Origin: Mobula hypostoma
Taxonomy: Eukaryota
Direction of reading: 5' to 3'
DNA length: 64,000 bases
NCBI RefSeq assembly: GCF_963921235.1
Contig: NC_086097.1
Span: 202,308,001-202,372,000 of the forward strand
In this document: positions 36,045 to 49,162 of the stretch, piece by piece
How positions within the stretch are numbered: the first letter of the stretch is position 1
Layout: the number at the start of each line of letters is the position of its first letter
Notes under the pieces: model-generated
Told to the model about the DNA's origin: nothing
The model's database searches: none
What the model saw: the letters and a program-made list of their open reading frames with translations, nothing else
Position numbers and translations under genes: made by a program

Positions 36045-38290
36045 ATGTGAGATCTCTGTTTCCTGCTCATGAACAGCCTTGCAGGTGTTTGATTTGTCAT
36101 CACAGGAGCAGAGTTCCGATACACAAAAAGGAAGTTGTCCACCTTGTGCTGTAGAGAAATGTCTTCCTTTTCCAGAGCTTTAATAGACTTCTTGAATGTT
36201 TGGCTAAACCTTTCAGCTAATCCATTCTTTGCTGGATGGTGAGGAGCTGAGTTAAAATGTTTGATCCCAATTTTTTTTTCATAAGTAGTGGAAACTATTC
36301 TGACATTTATTATGGTCCGTTGTCACTCACAATTTGTTCTGGTAAGTTACTTCTGGTGGAGATAGCTCTCAGGGTGGAAGCAGTCTTTTCAGATATGGTT
36401 GACTCCATTGGTTCTCCATCTACTTCGAATGAACATCCACATCCATCATGAACATGGAGTCCTTGAATGGCCCAGCAAAGTCAACATTTACTTTTCGCCA
36501 TGGTATCAAAGGCTACTCCCACAGGTGTAACACTGCCTTTGAGGGTGCATTTTGAACTTTTTGGCATCCTGAACGGCTTTTGGTCAAGTTTTCAATCTGT
36601 CTATCCCCAGCCACCACACGTTGCTCCAGGTGAGACTCTTCATCTTAACTGTATGCTTCATACAGATTCTCAAACACCTTCTCATTGGCATTAAGTAGCT
36701 GTGACAGTCTCTGGTTAGGGTTACTGTTTGGGCTCCAGTTGCCTGTTGATGACACATTGAGAGCTTTGACTGTGTGCCAGTCTAGTTCGATTTTTCTCAA
36801 AAAGTGTCCAAAAAGTGCCGGCACTCCACTTTTCAACACATAAAGCTCTAACTGTTGTGTTTGGCCTTCATGCAGCATATTCATTTACAGTTTGCCTTCG
36901 AGAAACACTTTTTCACCTGTGCAGGTTTTTAACATCACTGAGGTCTGCTCTAATGGTAACCTTGAAAACAGTCTGCTGTCATCAGCTTCTAGAATTATAC
37001 ACAAATCTGACCCTTTATCCAGCTCCATTTTCAGTTTTACACCAGACACATCTGCTTCAGTAATAGTATGCAGTTCTAGGCATAACAACTCAACTTTGTC
37101 AGACACTGTGTTGTCTGATTCTGTTTCACATTTGGTCATTTTATGCACTTGCTTAGGTTTGTGTTTAAAACTTTTCACTTCGTGTCTTTTTTTCTCTTTG
37201 GTTTTGCTGTTTATCTGCCTTGCACACTCTCTATGTAACCTTGTGACACTTTCTGCAAAATGTTTCTTTGAACCAACAGTCATTTACATTATGGGAGGAA
37301 CTGCCACATCAAAAACTTTTTTGGCTTTTTGCACCACTGGGGGACATTTTGTGCTTTCCACATTCTAATCTCTTTTTCTGTAGTTCTGCTGCATCCTTTG
37401 CTGCCGTTTCTAATGACATTGCAATAGTCAATGCCCGATCTAAAATTAGGTCTCTTTCTGATAGTAACATCCTTTGAGTGCTTTGACTATACATGCCACA
37501 TATAAGCCTATCCCTTAATGCATCAGAAAGTCCAACTCTAAAGCCACAGTATTGGGAAAATTTGGGCAGTTCTGCAATGTATTCAGAAATGCTTTCATCC
37601 TCTGACAGGTTCCTCTTGTATAACCTAAATCTCTCAGCTATTGCCAGCAGTTTAGGACAAGTGATTTTTAAAATTGCAACAATTTTGTCAAACATCTTGC
37701 TTGCTGACTTTTCAGAAGTTACTAAGTTGTGTAAGAGACTATACATCCCAGCACCTATTAAGCTAAGAAGAATGGGGGCTTTCTTTTCCTCATCCATGTT
37801 GTTCACTTTACAGTACAGTTCAATCCTCTCAATATACGACTTGCAACCTTTATTAACACTATAAGATTTGTCATCTTTCCTGACTAAAGCCATTTTCACT
37901 TTACCTTTGGTAGCTGTTCACTGTGTACTATGCTGTTAGTAACTTACGCATCCCATTGTTAGCTTTCATGGAGGTCTATACTGCACTGTGTAAATCTTTC
38001 CTCTTAATGTGTCATCCCCTAACTGTCGGTACAGTCGCTGATATTCTCTGAAATTCAGGATCGTACTCATCACCAATTTGTTGTGTGTGTGTAACTACAT
38101 ATCAATTAAATAAAAGTACGCACACGGAGGATGGCTGTAACTTGTGTGTTCATATTGCTGTGAGAGAGAAGGAGAGAACAGATCAATGTGCATGCGTAAA
38201 CAACAGATCAGTGCACATAAGTAAGTTATCAGTCTATAGAAAGTGCTAAAGGAAGTCATTGCTCTAAAAGAAATAGATCTATACATTACA
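36045..38290 (-). mobile_element. Gypsy LTR retrotransposon: 5' LTR (38079-38290), PBS, gag, protease and integrase remnant; RT mostly deleted
   Basis: LTR reads TGTAAT...CAACA on minus, then TGGTGATGAG (PBS-like). Gag ORF 37309-37899 (YIERIELYC...LRDRLICG); protease LKMELDKGS; integrase HPAKNGLAERF near 36200-36240. Confidence 0.85.
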
Positions 38291-40358
38291 GGAACCTCAC
38301 TATATCAGCCACTGGACCCTCTACCTCTCCACTAGTCTTTGTTTTTTCATATTATCTGAACATCGCCATTCATCCAGTAACTGAGATGTCTGCTCAGCCC
38401 AAGCCTCCTCTTCTTCCTCATCGGGTGCAGGCTTGACGCGAGAGTACACTCCCAGACTATGATAACTTTGTCTCTCTGTAGGTACACTCTGCATTTATCA
38501 ACCAATGCTGTGATAGCCATAACCAGCTCAGAATTTAAAACAACTGCTGAAGAACCCGTTAGACCTTTCACATCAGACAACTCTTTCCCTTCACTTCGTA
38601 GAAACGAGAACAATTTGTCTTTGATAGCATCTCTAGGAAGAGGTACAGTCGACGTTTTGGGCCAAGACCCTTCTTCAGAACTAACTGAAAGAAGAGCTAT
38701 ATTTATATTACATTATATTTATGTTATATATATGTATTCTTTTTTTCTCCCTCTGTCCCTCTCACTATACCCCTTGCCCATCCTCTAGGCTTCACCCCTC
38801 CCCCTTTCTTTCTCTCTAGGCCTCCTGTCCCATGATCCTCTCACATCCCTTTTGACAATCAACTGTCCAGCTCTTGGCTCCATCCCTCCCCCTCCTGTCT
38901 TCTCTTATCATTTTGGATCTCCCTGTCCCCCTCCCACTTTCAAATCTCTTACGAACTCTTCTTTCAGTTAGTCCTGATGAAGGGTTTCGGCCCAAAACAT
39001 CAACTGTACCTCTTCCTAGAGATGCTGCCTGACCTGCTGCGTTCACCAGCAATTTTTATGTGTGTTGCATGAGATTCCAGCATCTGCAGATTTCCTCGTG
39101 TTTACAATTTGTCTTTAATGTCTTCACCCTCAGCTACATGCCCCTTCTCTAAAAGTATGGACTGCTTCTCCAGTGTCTCCCAACATATCAGGCAGCACGA
39201 CTTCAATCACGTCACTGCTAGTCTGGGCTAAGACGATATCCTTACCAGCCGATTGGTCAAAATGCTATTCAATAGCATAACATACTCCAAATCTTTTACT
39301 GAACTCAGCACCCCGAGTAACAGTTCATCAGGAATTCAGACGTCCACCCTGCTCAAAACACAAGCATTACTTGTGGATAATCACTTTGAATTGCACCAAA
39401 CCTTAATCCCTGTGGCGTCCATAATAAAGTACCTTAGTCACTCTCTCCGACACTAGTTTAAACACAGGCTTAAACAGACAAACTGCTTAATCAATTCTAA
39501 AACAGCAGTCACACAGCATTTGAGAATACTGGATGAGCCCCCACAAATGTAGCTCCCTCACCAGGCTAATATGCAAACTTGGCCCATTAGCCATCTCCGC
39601 TAACAGTCACATGACTCAGCAGTGAGAAGGCCTCCTTTCACAAACAATATTCATCTAGGGTTGGTATGATTTGGGGTTCAACCAAATGGAAACATCATGA
39701 TGTTCTGATTAAAGAAACCTCAGTTTGAGGGAATGCATTGTAAATACTGCCCATACACAATTGTTGGCTGACAAGAAATAACAGATCGTACACCACATAA
39801 ACTTATAAAGAAAGTACAGTTGGTAGGAAAGAGAAAAGAAAAAAAATAAAAGGGCCACTTACAGTTGAAACAGTCCAGTGTGCTCATAAAGCTGGAGCTC
39901 ATTCTGGAGTTGTCTTTACTCACATGCTGGACACACGATCTGCGTGAAAGCACACATCACAGTCCGAACTTTGTTCAAAATCCAGCTCAAACAAATGGGC
40001 TCTCTCTCGAGAGAGAGAGAGAGTATTGGGCCTTCTTCCTTGGAGCCATTCATCTGCATAAAGCTCTTTGTGCAATGGAGACTTGCCTTCCAGTGGCGTT
40101 CTCCTTCCCTTCCAACGGCATTCTCCTTCCCTTCTCTCCCACTCCCGCCAAAAGCCCAAAACCAAACTACTTTCTGTCACTAATTTTTGCATGCCCCGCT
40201 CTCTCTAGAACTTTCTACCATCCTGATTGGCTGACACAACACTCCTAAACTGAACAGCAGGTCCTCTCATTCTACCAGCAGAACACACTGCTTTTGCAGA
40301 AATTGCTAAAATGAAATACTGGCAGCATAGCAGTAGAAATTATAACCAGGTCATTACA
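38291..40358 (-). mobile_element. Gypsy element with PNMA-like gag: 5' LTR (39548-40358), tRNA-Pro PBS, decayed gag from 39422
   Basis: LTR TGTAATGA...GCTACA; PBS TGGGGGCTCATCCAG (39529-39543). Gag reads MDATGIKVWC...NACVL and VYSRVKPAPDEEEEEAWAEQTSQLLDEWRCSDNMKKQRLVE. Confidence 0.8.
38626..39103 (+). mobile_element. Penelope solo pseudo-LTR with a short inverted segment (38626-38698) and decayed hammerheads; 16-bp TSD
   Basis: Same sequence family as 5357-5790. TSD ACAATTTGTCTTTGAT (38610-38625) / ACAATTTGTCTTTAAT (39104-39119). HHR at 38970-39005 reads CTGATGA...AAAAC-ATC. Confidence 0.9.
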
Positions 40359-41082
40359 TAGTACATGTCATTGGTGCCATTACTCCCTCGAATTATTTTG
40401 TGCTTTGACCATCAGTAAACCAACAGCTGGAGAATAAAGGATCTTTAATCTGGCAACCTGCAGATTAGGATGAAAGGTAAATATAAATGTTATCATCATT
40501 TGCAAGTATCCATCCAGGTTGCACACCATTCTGACATGAAAATTAGTCATTGCTTCAAGATATTGAAGATTTTCCATGTAAAAGCACAAACATAGACTGG
40601 AAATTTTAAAGAAAATGGTTCATACCATAAAACTGGCCTATCAGCATAAATCATGAATGAATAATGAAGAATAGAAGCTTCAACACTTATGTTCTATCAG
40701 GTTTTTACCATGCACCATACTACAAATTCTCGATGTTGCAGCACTAACTTCAGAATTGTCACTGAGTCAGATTAGAAGATACCTCATCATGAGAATTGGT
40801 AGGGCAAAGCATGTTTTGCTGCAAAGAGCATCTATGGGAATGGTCCATTCTATCTTTCAAAGAGAAATTGTTTTGATCATGAGATATTCCATGGAATGGG
40901 TTTTAGATTCAGACATGAACTAAAATACACTTAATTTTATGTTTCTAATGTTTAAATCTATTTTATGCTTGTGCCACACTAATTGGCTGCTGAAGTACTG
41001 TATTAAACTGTGTTTTCAGCACTACATTCAATCAAAAATTCATTGGATATTTACCTCCTATGTTGACTCATCTAATGGTTTA

Positions 41083-41612
41083 GAACATAGATCTTTGAAA
41101 ATCTACAGCTCATTACAGGCCCTTCGGCCCACAATATTGTGCCGACCATGTAACCTACTCTAGAAGCTGCCTAGAGTTTCCCTAGCACATAGCCCTCTAT
41201 TTTTCTGATCTCCATGTACCTATCTAAGAGTCTCTTAAAAGACCCTATTGTATCCGCTTCTACCACCTTTGCTGGCAGTGCATTTCACACACAGTGCATT
41301 CCCTGTGTGAAAAACTTACCCTGGGCATCCCCTTGGTACCTATTTCCAAGCACCTTAAAACCATGCTCCCTCGTGTTAGCCATTTCAGCCCGGGGAAAAG
41401 CCTCTGGCTACCCACATGATCAATGCCTCTCACCATCTTATACATTTCTATCAGGCCACCTCTCATCCTCCGTCGCTCCAAGGAGAAAAGGCCAAGTACA
41501 CTCAACCTATTCTCGTAAGGCGCACCCTCCAATCCAGGCAACATCCTTGTAAATCTCCTCTGCACTCTCTCTATACAGTAGTATCCACATCTTTCCTGTA
41601 GTGAGGTAACCA
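41083..41612 (-). mobile_element. CR1 3' fragment
   Basis: ORF 41260-41565 QRRFTRMLPGLEG...LFSLERRRMRG; 3' UTR of the same type as at about 10080-10147. Confidence 0.88.
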
Positions 41613-43094
41613 GAAAATTGATATCTAATTTTGAAACAGCAGTTTGTCCAAATGGTGTAAGTAAGCTGCAGGTTGAAAAAGTGGATTGGAAAGTTAAATG
41701 GAAATGTTTGATTTTAATCAGAATTGTAACACAAATTATTGATCTAGGTCTTCAGTGGCACACTGATTTCCCCCCCACAGTAAGTAGCTGAGCCATACAG
41801 GCTGAAGAGGTTATATTCAATCTCTACCTAAGAAATAGAAGGGATGTGCTAAAATTGTGTCCCGCCATCTTGTGGAAAGAAGTAGAAAATTAAATTTTCT
41901 CTTGCCAATTGCTTCCTTGATAACCACCAGCACACATCTTCCCCCATTCTAAATCTGCAGTATACCATGAAGCTTGATGTCTTCAACAAATTACACATGG
42001 ACCTTCTTTATATTTTTGCGGTTGGATTAGATACACAAGAAAAGCTGGAGAAGTATTGTCAGAAAATCAAAACTGCTGGCATTTCTTTGAGTAGTTCCTT
42101 GATTTTTTAAGAGTGGCATAAAGGAATGAGTATGTCACAATCATAGCTGACACAGAAAGAGCATAATTCATCCTTCACCTTCTGATATATTTATTTGAGG
42201 GTGCATAATTGATTGCATCAAAGCAAATGTAGCACTCAGAATGAAGGTTTTGTTCGAGATCATGGCTGGTAGACAATGGATGATGCTGGAAATACATGTT
42301 GGCCTCTTTGCTCATGAATCTCAGAATAATTCATTGTGATACAGCACTGAACTTAAGGCCCTCTTTTCTATTTATTTGGCCTCTGTCCAGGTTCCTGCTA
42401 CTTTTGTCAAAGCAGAGGAGATGAAAGACATTGAGTAAATTTTTCATTCCTGTCCTAAGTTTAGATGGAGTGGTGGAGATTCAGAATATGAATGTTGGAT
42501 GGGTTGCAAGAGGGCGTGGATGGAATGATATTGTGTATATGTGTGCAGGGGGTGGGGGGTGTGAGAGAGGGGGAAATGACAGTAAGAAGTGACATGTTTT
42601 ATGTTTGTAAAGATCCATTATTCTGATTTCTTATTATGGGTCATATGTAGGACACCTCTTTTAACACACTTCTAATGACTGTCTTGGAGGTCCATAGTTC
42701 TTCCTTCTGCATGGGTATTCCCCCTCACTTTCATATTGGCTGAAACAAAGTGTTCTTTCCTTCTCCATCACTGCATGCCTTCCTCAATTGTCAAATGTAG
42801 GAGCAATAAGGTTTGTTCCTTGGAAGGTTGAAGCCTTCTTTGATTAGCCTGCAGAGAAATTTCTGAATTCAATGAGGCATTAAGGAAACTGCACAGTTCC
42901 TATTTGGAAGCATCAGAGTTGGTGTAGTATAACCATGGGAGATAGTCTCGGACATTTCACTTGCGATTGCAAGACTGTGTTGGACAGTGATAATATAAGT
43001 TGCCACAGCCCTGTTACCCTTGTCTGGTGGGGGAACAGTCGACATGGGAGCTGTGTAGCCACAGTTGTACATAGCAAGAACTAGTATTAAATGA

Positions 43095-44033
43095 CACTGG
43101 ACAACAAAGATTTTGCTTCCTGAATATTTTTGGGTGTGTCTTATGGGTTTTGGACTGCTGATCATGAAAATCACCATTAAATTTCCCTATCACCCTCCAT
43201 TTTTCGAGATGTTATGTCATTTCCTAATACAGGTCAATTAAAATGTTGCTCACATTTTAATGCTGAAAAGTTTTCTTTCTTCTCCAGGCATGCCTGGGCA
43301 TGCTTAGACAGGCCAGATGCTGCATGGCAGGACAGGATTTAGAAAGGCTATGCATTTCTGTGTAGGATTTTGATATTTGAGACAGATGTTTCCTGGAATA
43401 ACAAGATTATGGAAGGCATTTTTGTTGGTCCACAAATCAAGCAGGTCATTAATGACAGGCAGTTTAAAGAACTTCTAGTGGGACCACAGAAAATTTCACG
43501 GAAGGCGTTCAAGGACTTTGTTGAAAAATTTCTTGGCAACTACGGAGCACCAAACTACGTGCAGCTGGTTGACAACTTGCTTCGAGCATACAAAACTATG
43601 AAGTGCAACATGTTGTTAAAGATTCATTTTCTGCATACCCATTTAGACTTCTTCCCTGCAAACCTTGGTGCTGACAGTGATGAGCATGGTGAAAAGTTTC
43701 ATCAGGACATTGTGGTCATGGAGAAACAGTATCAGGGCAACTGGAATCCATCAATGCTGGCTGATTATTGTTGGACATTTAAGTAAGAAGACTCAGACAC
43801 CAAGTACAAATGAAAATCATCAATAAAATATTTTTAGCTTAGTTAAACTATTGCAAAGCTTCAGCACAATTTGCAACTAAATGCATTATACTCAATAAAA
43901 GTTAATTTCTTGGTTCTACAAATTCCTACCTGATATAAGTAATCAGAAATTATATTTGTGTTCAGCTTCAAGAGATCTATCATAAACAAAAAGAAATACT
44001 GAGGAAGCAACACTTCTGAAAACATTTGTTGTG
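43095..44033 (+). mobile_element. Chapaev3-like DNA transposon, internally deleted, retaining the transposase C-terminus
   Basis: Left end CACTGGACAACAAA; right end TTTGTTGTGTA (decayed TIR). ORF 43370-43786 EGIFVGPQI...FLGN...LKIHFLHTHLDFFPANLGADSDEHGEKFHQDI...YQG...MLADYCW. Confidence 0.8.
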
Positions 44034-44039
44034 TAAAAT

Positions 44040-46470
44040 GAGTTGAAGGGTTCTTGACAGTGAGTCCATAGTTCAGAGTTGAAGTGAGTGAAATTATCCA
44101 CTCTGGTTCAGGAGCCTGATGGTTGAGGGGTAATAACTGTTCATGAACCTGATAGCATGGGACCTAAGGCTTCTGGATCTCCTTCCTGGTTGAAGCAGCA
44201 AGAAGAGAGCATGGCCTGGATGGTGGGGGTCCTTGCTGACAGATGCTGCTTTCCTGATAGATGTGCTCAATAGCGAAGATAGCTTTGCTTGTGAAGGATA
44301 GGGTTGAATCCACAACTTTTTGAAGGCTTTTTTGTTTAAGTGCATTAATGTTTCCATGCCAGGCCTTGATGCAACCTGTAACATACTCTCCACATTAGTG
44401 TTTCCATACCAAGCTTTGAAGCAACCTTCACATACTCTCCACTACACATATATAGAAGTTATCAAAGTTTTCAATGACATGCCAAATCTTCTAAGAAAGT
44501 CGAGGTGCTGCGATGTCTTCTTTGTAATAGCATGTACATGCTGGACTCAGAACAGATTCCTTAAAATGATAACGCTGAGGAATTTAAAGTTACTGGCACC
44601 TCTGATCTCCTGATGGCTCATGGGCCTCCTGCTTCTTTTTTCTGTAATCAGCTCTTTGGTTTTGCTGACATTGAGTGAGAGGTTGTTGTTGTGGCATCAT
44701 TTGGCCAGATTTTCAGTCTCCCTCCAATATGTTGATTCATCACCACCTTTGATTTGGCCAAAAACATGCTATTGTCACCAAACTTAATTACTTTATACTT
44801 TATTGTTGTCAAAGAATTGATACTAGAATGTACAATCATCACAGCAATAATTGATTCTGCGCTTCCCGCTCCCTGGATTACAAATTGATAGTAAATATTA
44901 AAAATTTAAATTATAAATCATAAATAGAAAATAGAAAAATGGAAAGTAAGGTAGTGCAAAAAAACCGAGAGGCAGTTCCGGATATTTGGAGGGTACGTCC
45001 CAGATCCGGGTCAGGATCCGTTCAGCAGTCTTATCACAGTTGGAAAGAAGCTGTTCCCAAATCTGGCCGTACAAGTCTTCAAGCTCCTGAGCCTTCTCCC
45101 GGAGGGGAGAGGGATGAAAAGTGTGTTGGCTGGGTGGGTCGTGTCCTTGATTATCCTGGCAGCACTTGACAGCGTGCGGTGTAAAGTGAGTCCAAGGACG
45201 GAAGATTGGTTTGTGTGATGTGCTGCGCCATGTTCACGATCTTCTGCAGCTTCTTCCAGTCTTGGACAGGACAACTTCCATACCAGGTTGTGATGCACCC
45301 TAGAAGAATGCTTTCTACGGTGCATCTATAAACATTAGTGAGGGTTTTAGGGGACAGGCCAAATTCCTTTAGTTTTCTCAGGAAGTAAAGATGCTGGTGG
45401 GCCTTCTTGGCAGTGGACTCTACTTGGTTGGACCAAGTCAGGTCATTTGTGATATTGACCCCGAGGAACTTAAAGCTTTCGACCTGTTCCACTTGCGCAC
45501 CACCGATGTAAATTGGGTCGTACGGTCCGCTACTCCTTCTGAAGTCAACAACCAATTCCTTCTTTTTGCTGATATTGAGGGATAGGTTATTGTCTTCGCA
45601 CCATGCCACCAGGTTCTTAATTTCCTCTCTGTACTCAAACTCATCATTACCCGAGATACGGCCTACAATTGTGGTGTCATCAGCAAACTTATATTGGAAT
45701 TGGAATTGTACTTAGCCTCACAGTCATAAGTATAAAGTGAGTAGAGAAAGGGGCTAAGCACACAGCATTATGGTGCATCTGTACTGATTGTGATTCTGGA
45801 GGAGATGTTGCAAATCCACACTGACTGGGTTTTGCAAGTGAGGAAATCAAGGATCTAGTTGTATGAGGAGTACTGAGGCTTAGGTCTTGGAGCTTATTGA
45901 TTAGTTTTGAGGGGAGTATAGTGATGAATGTTGAGCTATAGTCAATGAAGAACATCCTGATGTATGCATCTTCACTGTCCAGATGTTCCAGGGCTGAGAA
46001 AAGAGCCAATGAAATGGCATCTGCTGTTGTCCTGTTGTGATGATAGGCAAATTGGAGTGGATCCACACCTCTCTTCAGGCATGTTTCATCACCAACCTCT
46101 CAAAGCACTTCATCACAATGGATGTAAGTTCTGCTGGATGATAGTCATTGAGGCAGCTTACCATGTTGTTCTTGGGCAGCAGTATGATTGAAGCCTGCTT
46201 GAAGCAGGTGGATACCTCAGACTGCCAAAGCAAGAGTTTAAAGATACCATAAATACTCCAGCCAGTTGATTTGTACAAGTTTTCAGTACTCAGCCAGGTA
46301 CACCATCTGGGCCAGATGCTTTCCATGGGTTCACAGTCCTGAAGGATGCTCTCACAACAGCCTCTAAAAGACTGAAATAACAGAGTTATTGAGGGCGGTG
46401 GAATTGCGTGAAGGTGCCTCCATGTTCTGTCGGTCAAAGCGACCATAAGTAGTATTGAGCTCTTCTGGAT
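44040..46470 (-). mobile_element. Old Rex1/Babar LINE RT and 3' region, interrupted at about 44786-45692; a further piece lies at about 48150-48330
   Basis: [29 protein letters not shown]...FIDYSS, KFGDN and KDPHHPGHALF peptides. Confidence 0.8.
44786..45692 (-). mobile_element. Younger Rex1/Babar LINE 3' fragment
   Basis: ORF 45151-45609 WCEDNNLSLNISK...FKFLGV...RLYFLRKL-like; AATAAA and (AAAGT)-type tail at about 44786-44803. Confidence 0.85.
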
Positions 46471-46486
46471 AGATCATGAAACCGTA

Positions 46487-47456
46487 CGAGGGGTGATTGA
46501 TAAGTTCATCGCCTAAGGCAGAAGGAGTCAATTTTAGAAAACCTAGCACATTTATTTTTCAACATAGTCCCCTCCTACATGTGCACACTTAGTCCAGTGG
46601 TTGTGGAGCATTTTTTTAAAAAAGGCATCCGTTAGTCTTGTGAGACCATGGATCTACGCCTGGAAAGTCTTCACTCTCCAGGGCGCTGGCCTGGGCAAGG
46701 TTGTATGGAAGACCAACAGTTGCCCATGCTGCAAGTCTCCCCTCTCCACGACACCAATGTTGTCCAAGGGAAGGGCATTAGGACCCATACAGCTTGGCAC
46801 CGGTGTCGTCGCAGAGCAATGTGTGATTAAGTACCTTGCTCAAGGACACAACACGTTGCCTCGGCTGGGGCTCAAACTCACGACCTTCTGGTCGCTAGTC
46901 CAATGCCTTAACCACTTGGCCACATGCCCGCACTTGTGGAGCATACGGATCCCTTTTTTGTAGAAGTGGTCCACAGCAGGGGTGATTGATAAGTTCGTGG
47001 CCTAGGGTAGAAGGAGATTAAGTTATTAACTTCAGACTTTCTGCATTATCACTCAACGAGTTGAACTGCACGTGCATGTAACGAGAGCATCTTGGACCTC
47101 CAGGTGGTCCATAGCAGGGGCGAGTGATGTTCGTGGCCTAAGGTAGAAGGAGGTGAGTTATACCCCTCTCATTACATACACGTGCAGTTCAACTCTTTGA
47201 GTGAAAATACAGAACGTTTGAAGTTAATAACTCATCTTCTTCTACCATAGGCCACGAACTTAACAATCACCCCTGCTGTGGACCACTTTCTGGAGGTCCA
47301 AGACACCAACTTCTACAAAGAAGGGATCCATATGCTTCACGACCGCTGAGCTAAGTGTGTACATGTAGGAGGGGACTATGTTGAAAAATAAATGTGCAAG
47401 GTTTTCTAAAATTGACTCCTTCTACCTTAGGCGACGAAGTTATCAATCACCCATCG
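46487..47456. mobile_element. mariner-type foldback MITE with TA TSD
   Basis: TA|CGAGGGGTGATTGATAAGTT ... AAGTTATCAATCACCCATCG|TA; long inverted arms; internal copies of the TIR motif near 46978, 47116 and 47250-47275. Confidence 0.88.
46612..46933 (-). mobile_element. tRNA-headed SINE with RTE-related tail, copy 2; 11-bp TSD
   Basis: TSD TTGTGGAGCAT at 46601-46611 and 46934-46944; A and B boxes; similar to 19309-19620. Confidence 0.92.
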
Positions 47457-47459
47457 TAC

Positions 47460-48155
47460 ATTACACTTCTTTTATGTCTTTTATGTTTATTTTTTTTTGT
47501 TTTGAATATGATTCTGGATCTGTTGGCATCTCTGATTTGCAGTTTGGAGATTGTCTGTTTGTTTTGGTGCTCTGCAATCTCCAAAGGGATTCTGGGAGGC
47601 AGAGGCAGCATGTGAGAACCTCATGGCAGGCAGGCTGCAAGCTGATGTTCAACTCCATTTCTCCAATTAAAGCTTCCATTGTTTGCTAATTAAAGCGATG
47701 AGGGAGATTGAAATGCCGGCTGCCTGTCTTCTTATCGCTGGGGGATCACTCTGCTGCTGGAGAAGGGAGACTGCCATTTTATTGCTGGAGGATTGCTCTG
47801 CTGCTGGAGAGGAGTGACTGCCATTTTTATCACTGGTGAGATGGCTCTGCTACAGAGAGGGAGAATATTGCCCAGATTTTCTGCAGTATGGATGTGGACT
47901 TGGACTGTAGACTCCCCCCCTCCCACCCCCCCCCCAATCTTATGGGCTTCTTTTGTATCCTGAGTTTTTCGCCCAATCTTTCTCGTGTTTTTGTGTGGGA
48001 GGGTAGGAGGATTTTGAGATCGATGCTTTTGTTCGTTATTTTGTATGGGGAGCAGGGATTTGGGGGCTGATGATTGTACTGCTGTTCTTTTTTTCTTGGT
48101 TTTGTGGCTATCAGAATTTCAGAGTTGGAAACTTTGATAATAAATTAACCATTGA
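47460..48155 (+). mobile_element. Non-autonomous retroposon fragment with a Rex1-type 3' end
   Basis: Ends in actttgataataaattaaccattga, like other Rex tails here; internal tandem duplication at about 47748-47830. Confidence 0.5.
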
Positions 48156-48920
48156 GCTCATCTGGGAGTGGAACCTTGTTGTCACATACTGTATGTCATT
48201 TGGTTTTACTTTGTAGGTGGTGATGGCATTCAAGCCATATCGAGTATCCTTCTGTGATTCAAGTTTGGTCCAGAATTGCCACCGCATGTGAGGGTGCTTT
48301 CCAGAGGTCATATCTGGATCTCTTGTACTTTCCTTGTTTGTCAGACATGAATGCCACTGACTTAGCCTCAGCAAGACAAAATCAGATCTATCAACTTAAT
48401 GGGGCAGGAATGCTCCTAAAAATCGATACATATCTTGATCACCTTCCTTTGCTGGAAGCTACTTCAATCCTTCCCTCCTAGCGGGCAGCCCTACATTTAG
48501 TCATCAGGTTAGCCGTGCATGGATTGGCTGCTGCTTTAACAACTTGTTCCGACTTTGCAGGTTGACAGCAATTGGCTGTTCGGCCTTTTGTAGAGATGCC
48601 TGCTATTTACCAACTATGAGCTTTGCTTTAACAACAATCAGACTGAGATTCTGAGATTCATTTTATCATCCCCCTGTCAGTATCACCATGTCTTTGAAAT
48701 TGTCAAAGGCCACTGTAGCTTTAAGGGCATAAAAGCTTGGTACAGCTTTCACCCTAACAAACATGACTCGAAATAATGCTGCACAACATTTTTTGAGAAT
48801 TAAGTTTAGTTTTTCCTGTTCTTAAGTTTGACCTTTGTTTCTGTGCCCTTTATAGTACTACATACGACTCCAAAGAGGGGCCTCAACACATGAAGTTTCA
48901 TGCATTTCCTATTTAGACTT

Positions 48921-49162
48921 TGCTGTGTATTTAATTTTTCAGTAATATCTGAGTAATATTGTAAATACATTGCTTGAATAAGCATTCTTTTTTGTTTAAA
49001 TGATTCGTTATGGGTTACTTTACGAACTACGTGAATGGCATACATCAGTGTGGCACCACGTCATATTTGAGCACTTCACTAAAAGTAAAACAAAGTACAT
49101 GAGTTCTCCCAGGCTCACATATATTTTCTTTTAATTAATTTCTGGAGATACAAAACATAACC
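48921..49162 (+). mobile_element. Solo Gypsy LTR related to the LTRs at 54983 and 63826
   Basis: Shares tg(c/t)tgtgtatttaat...tcagtaat, taagcattctt, acgtgaat(g/t)gcata and acaaaacataac with those LTRs. Confidence 0.75.
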
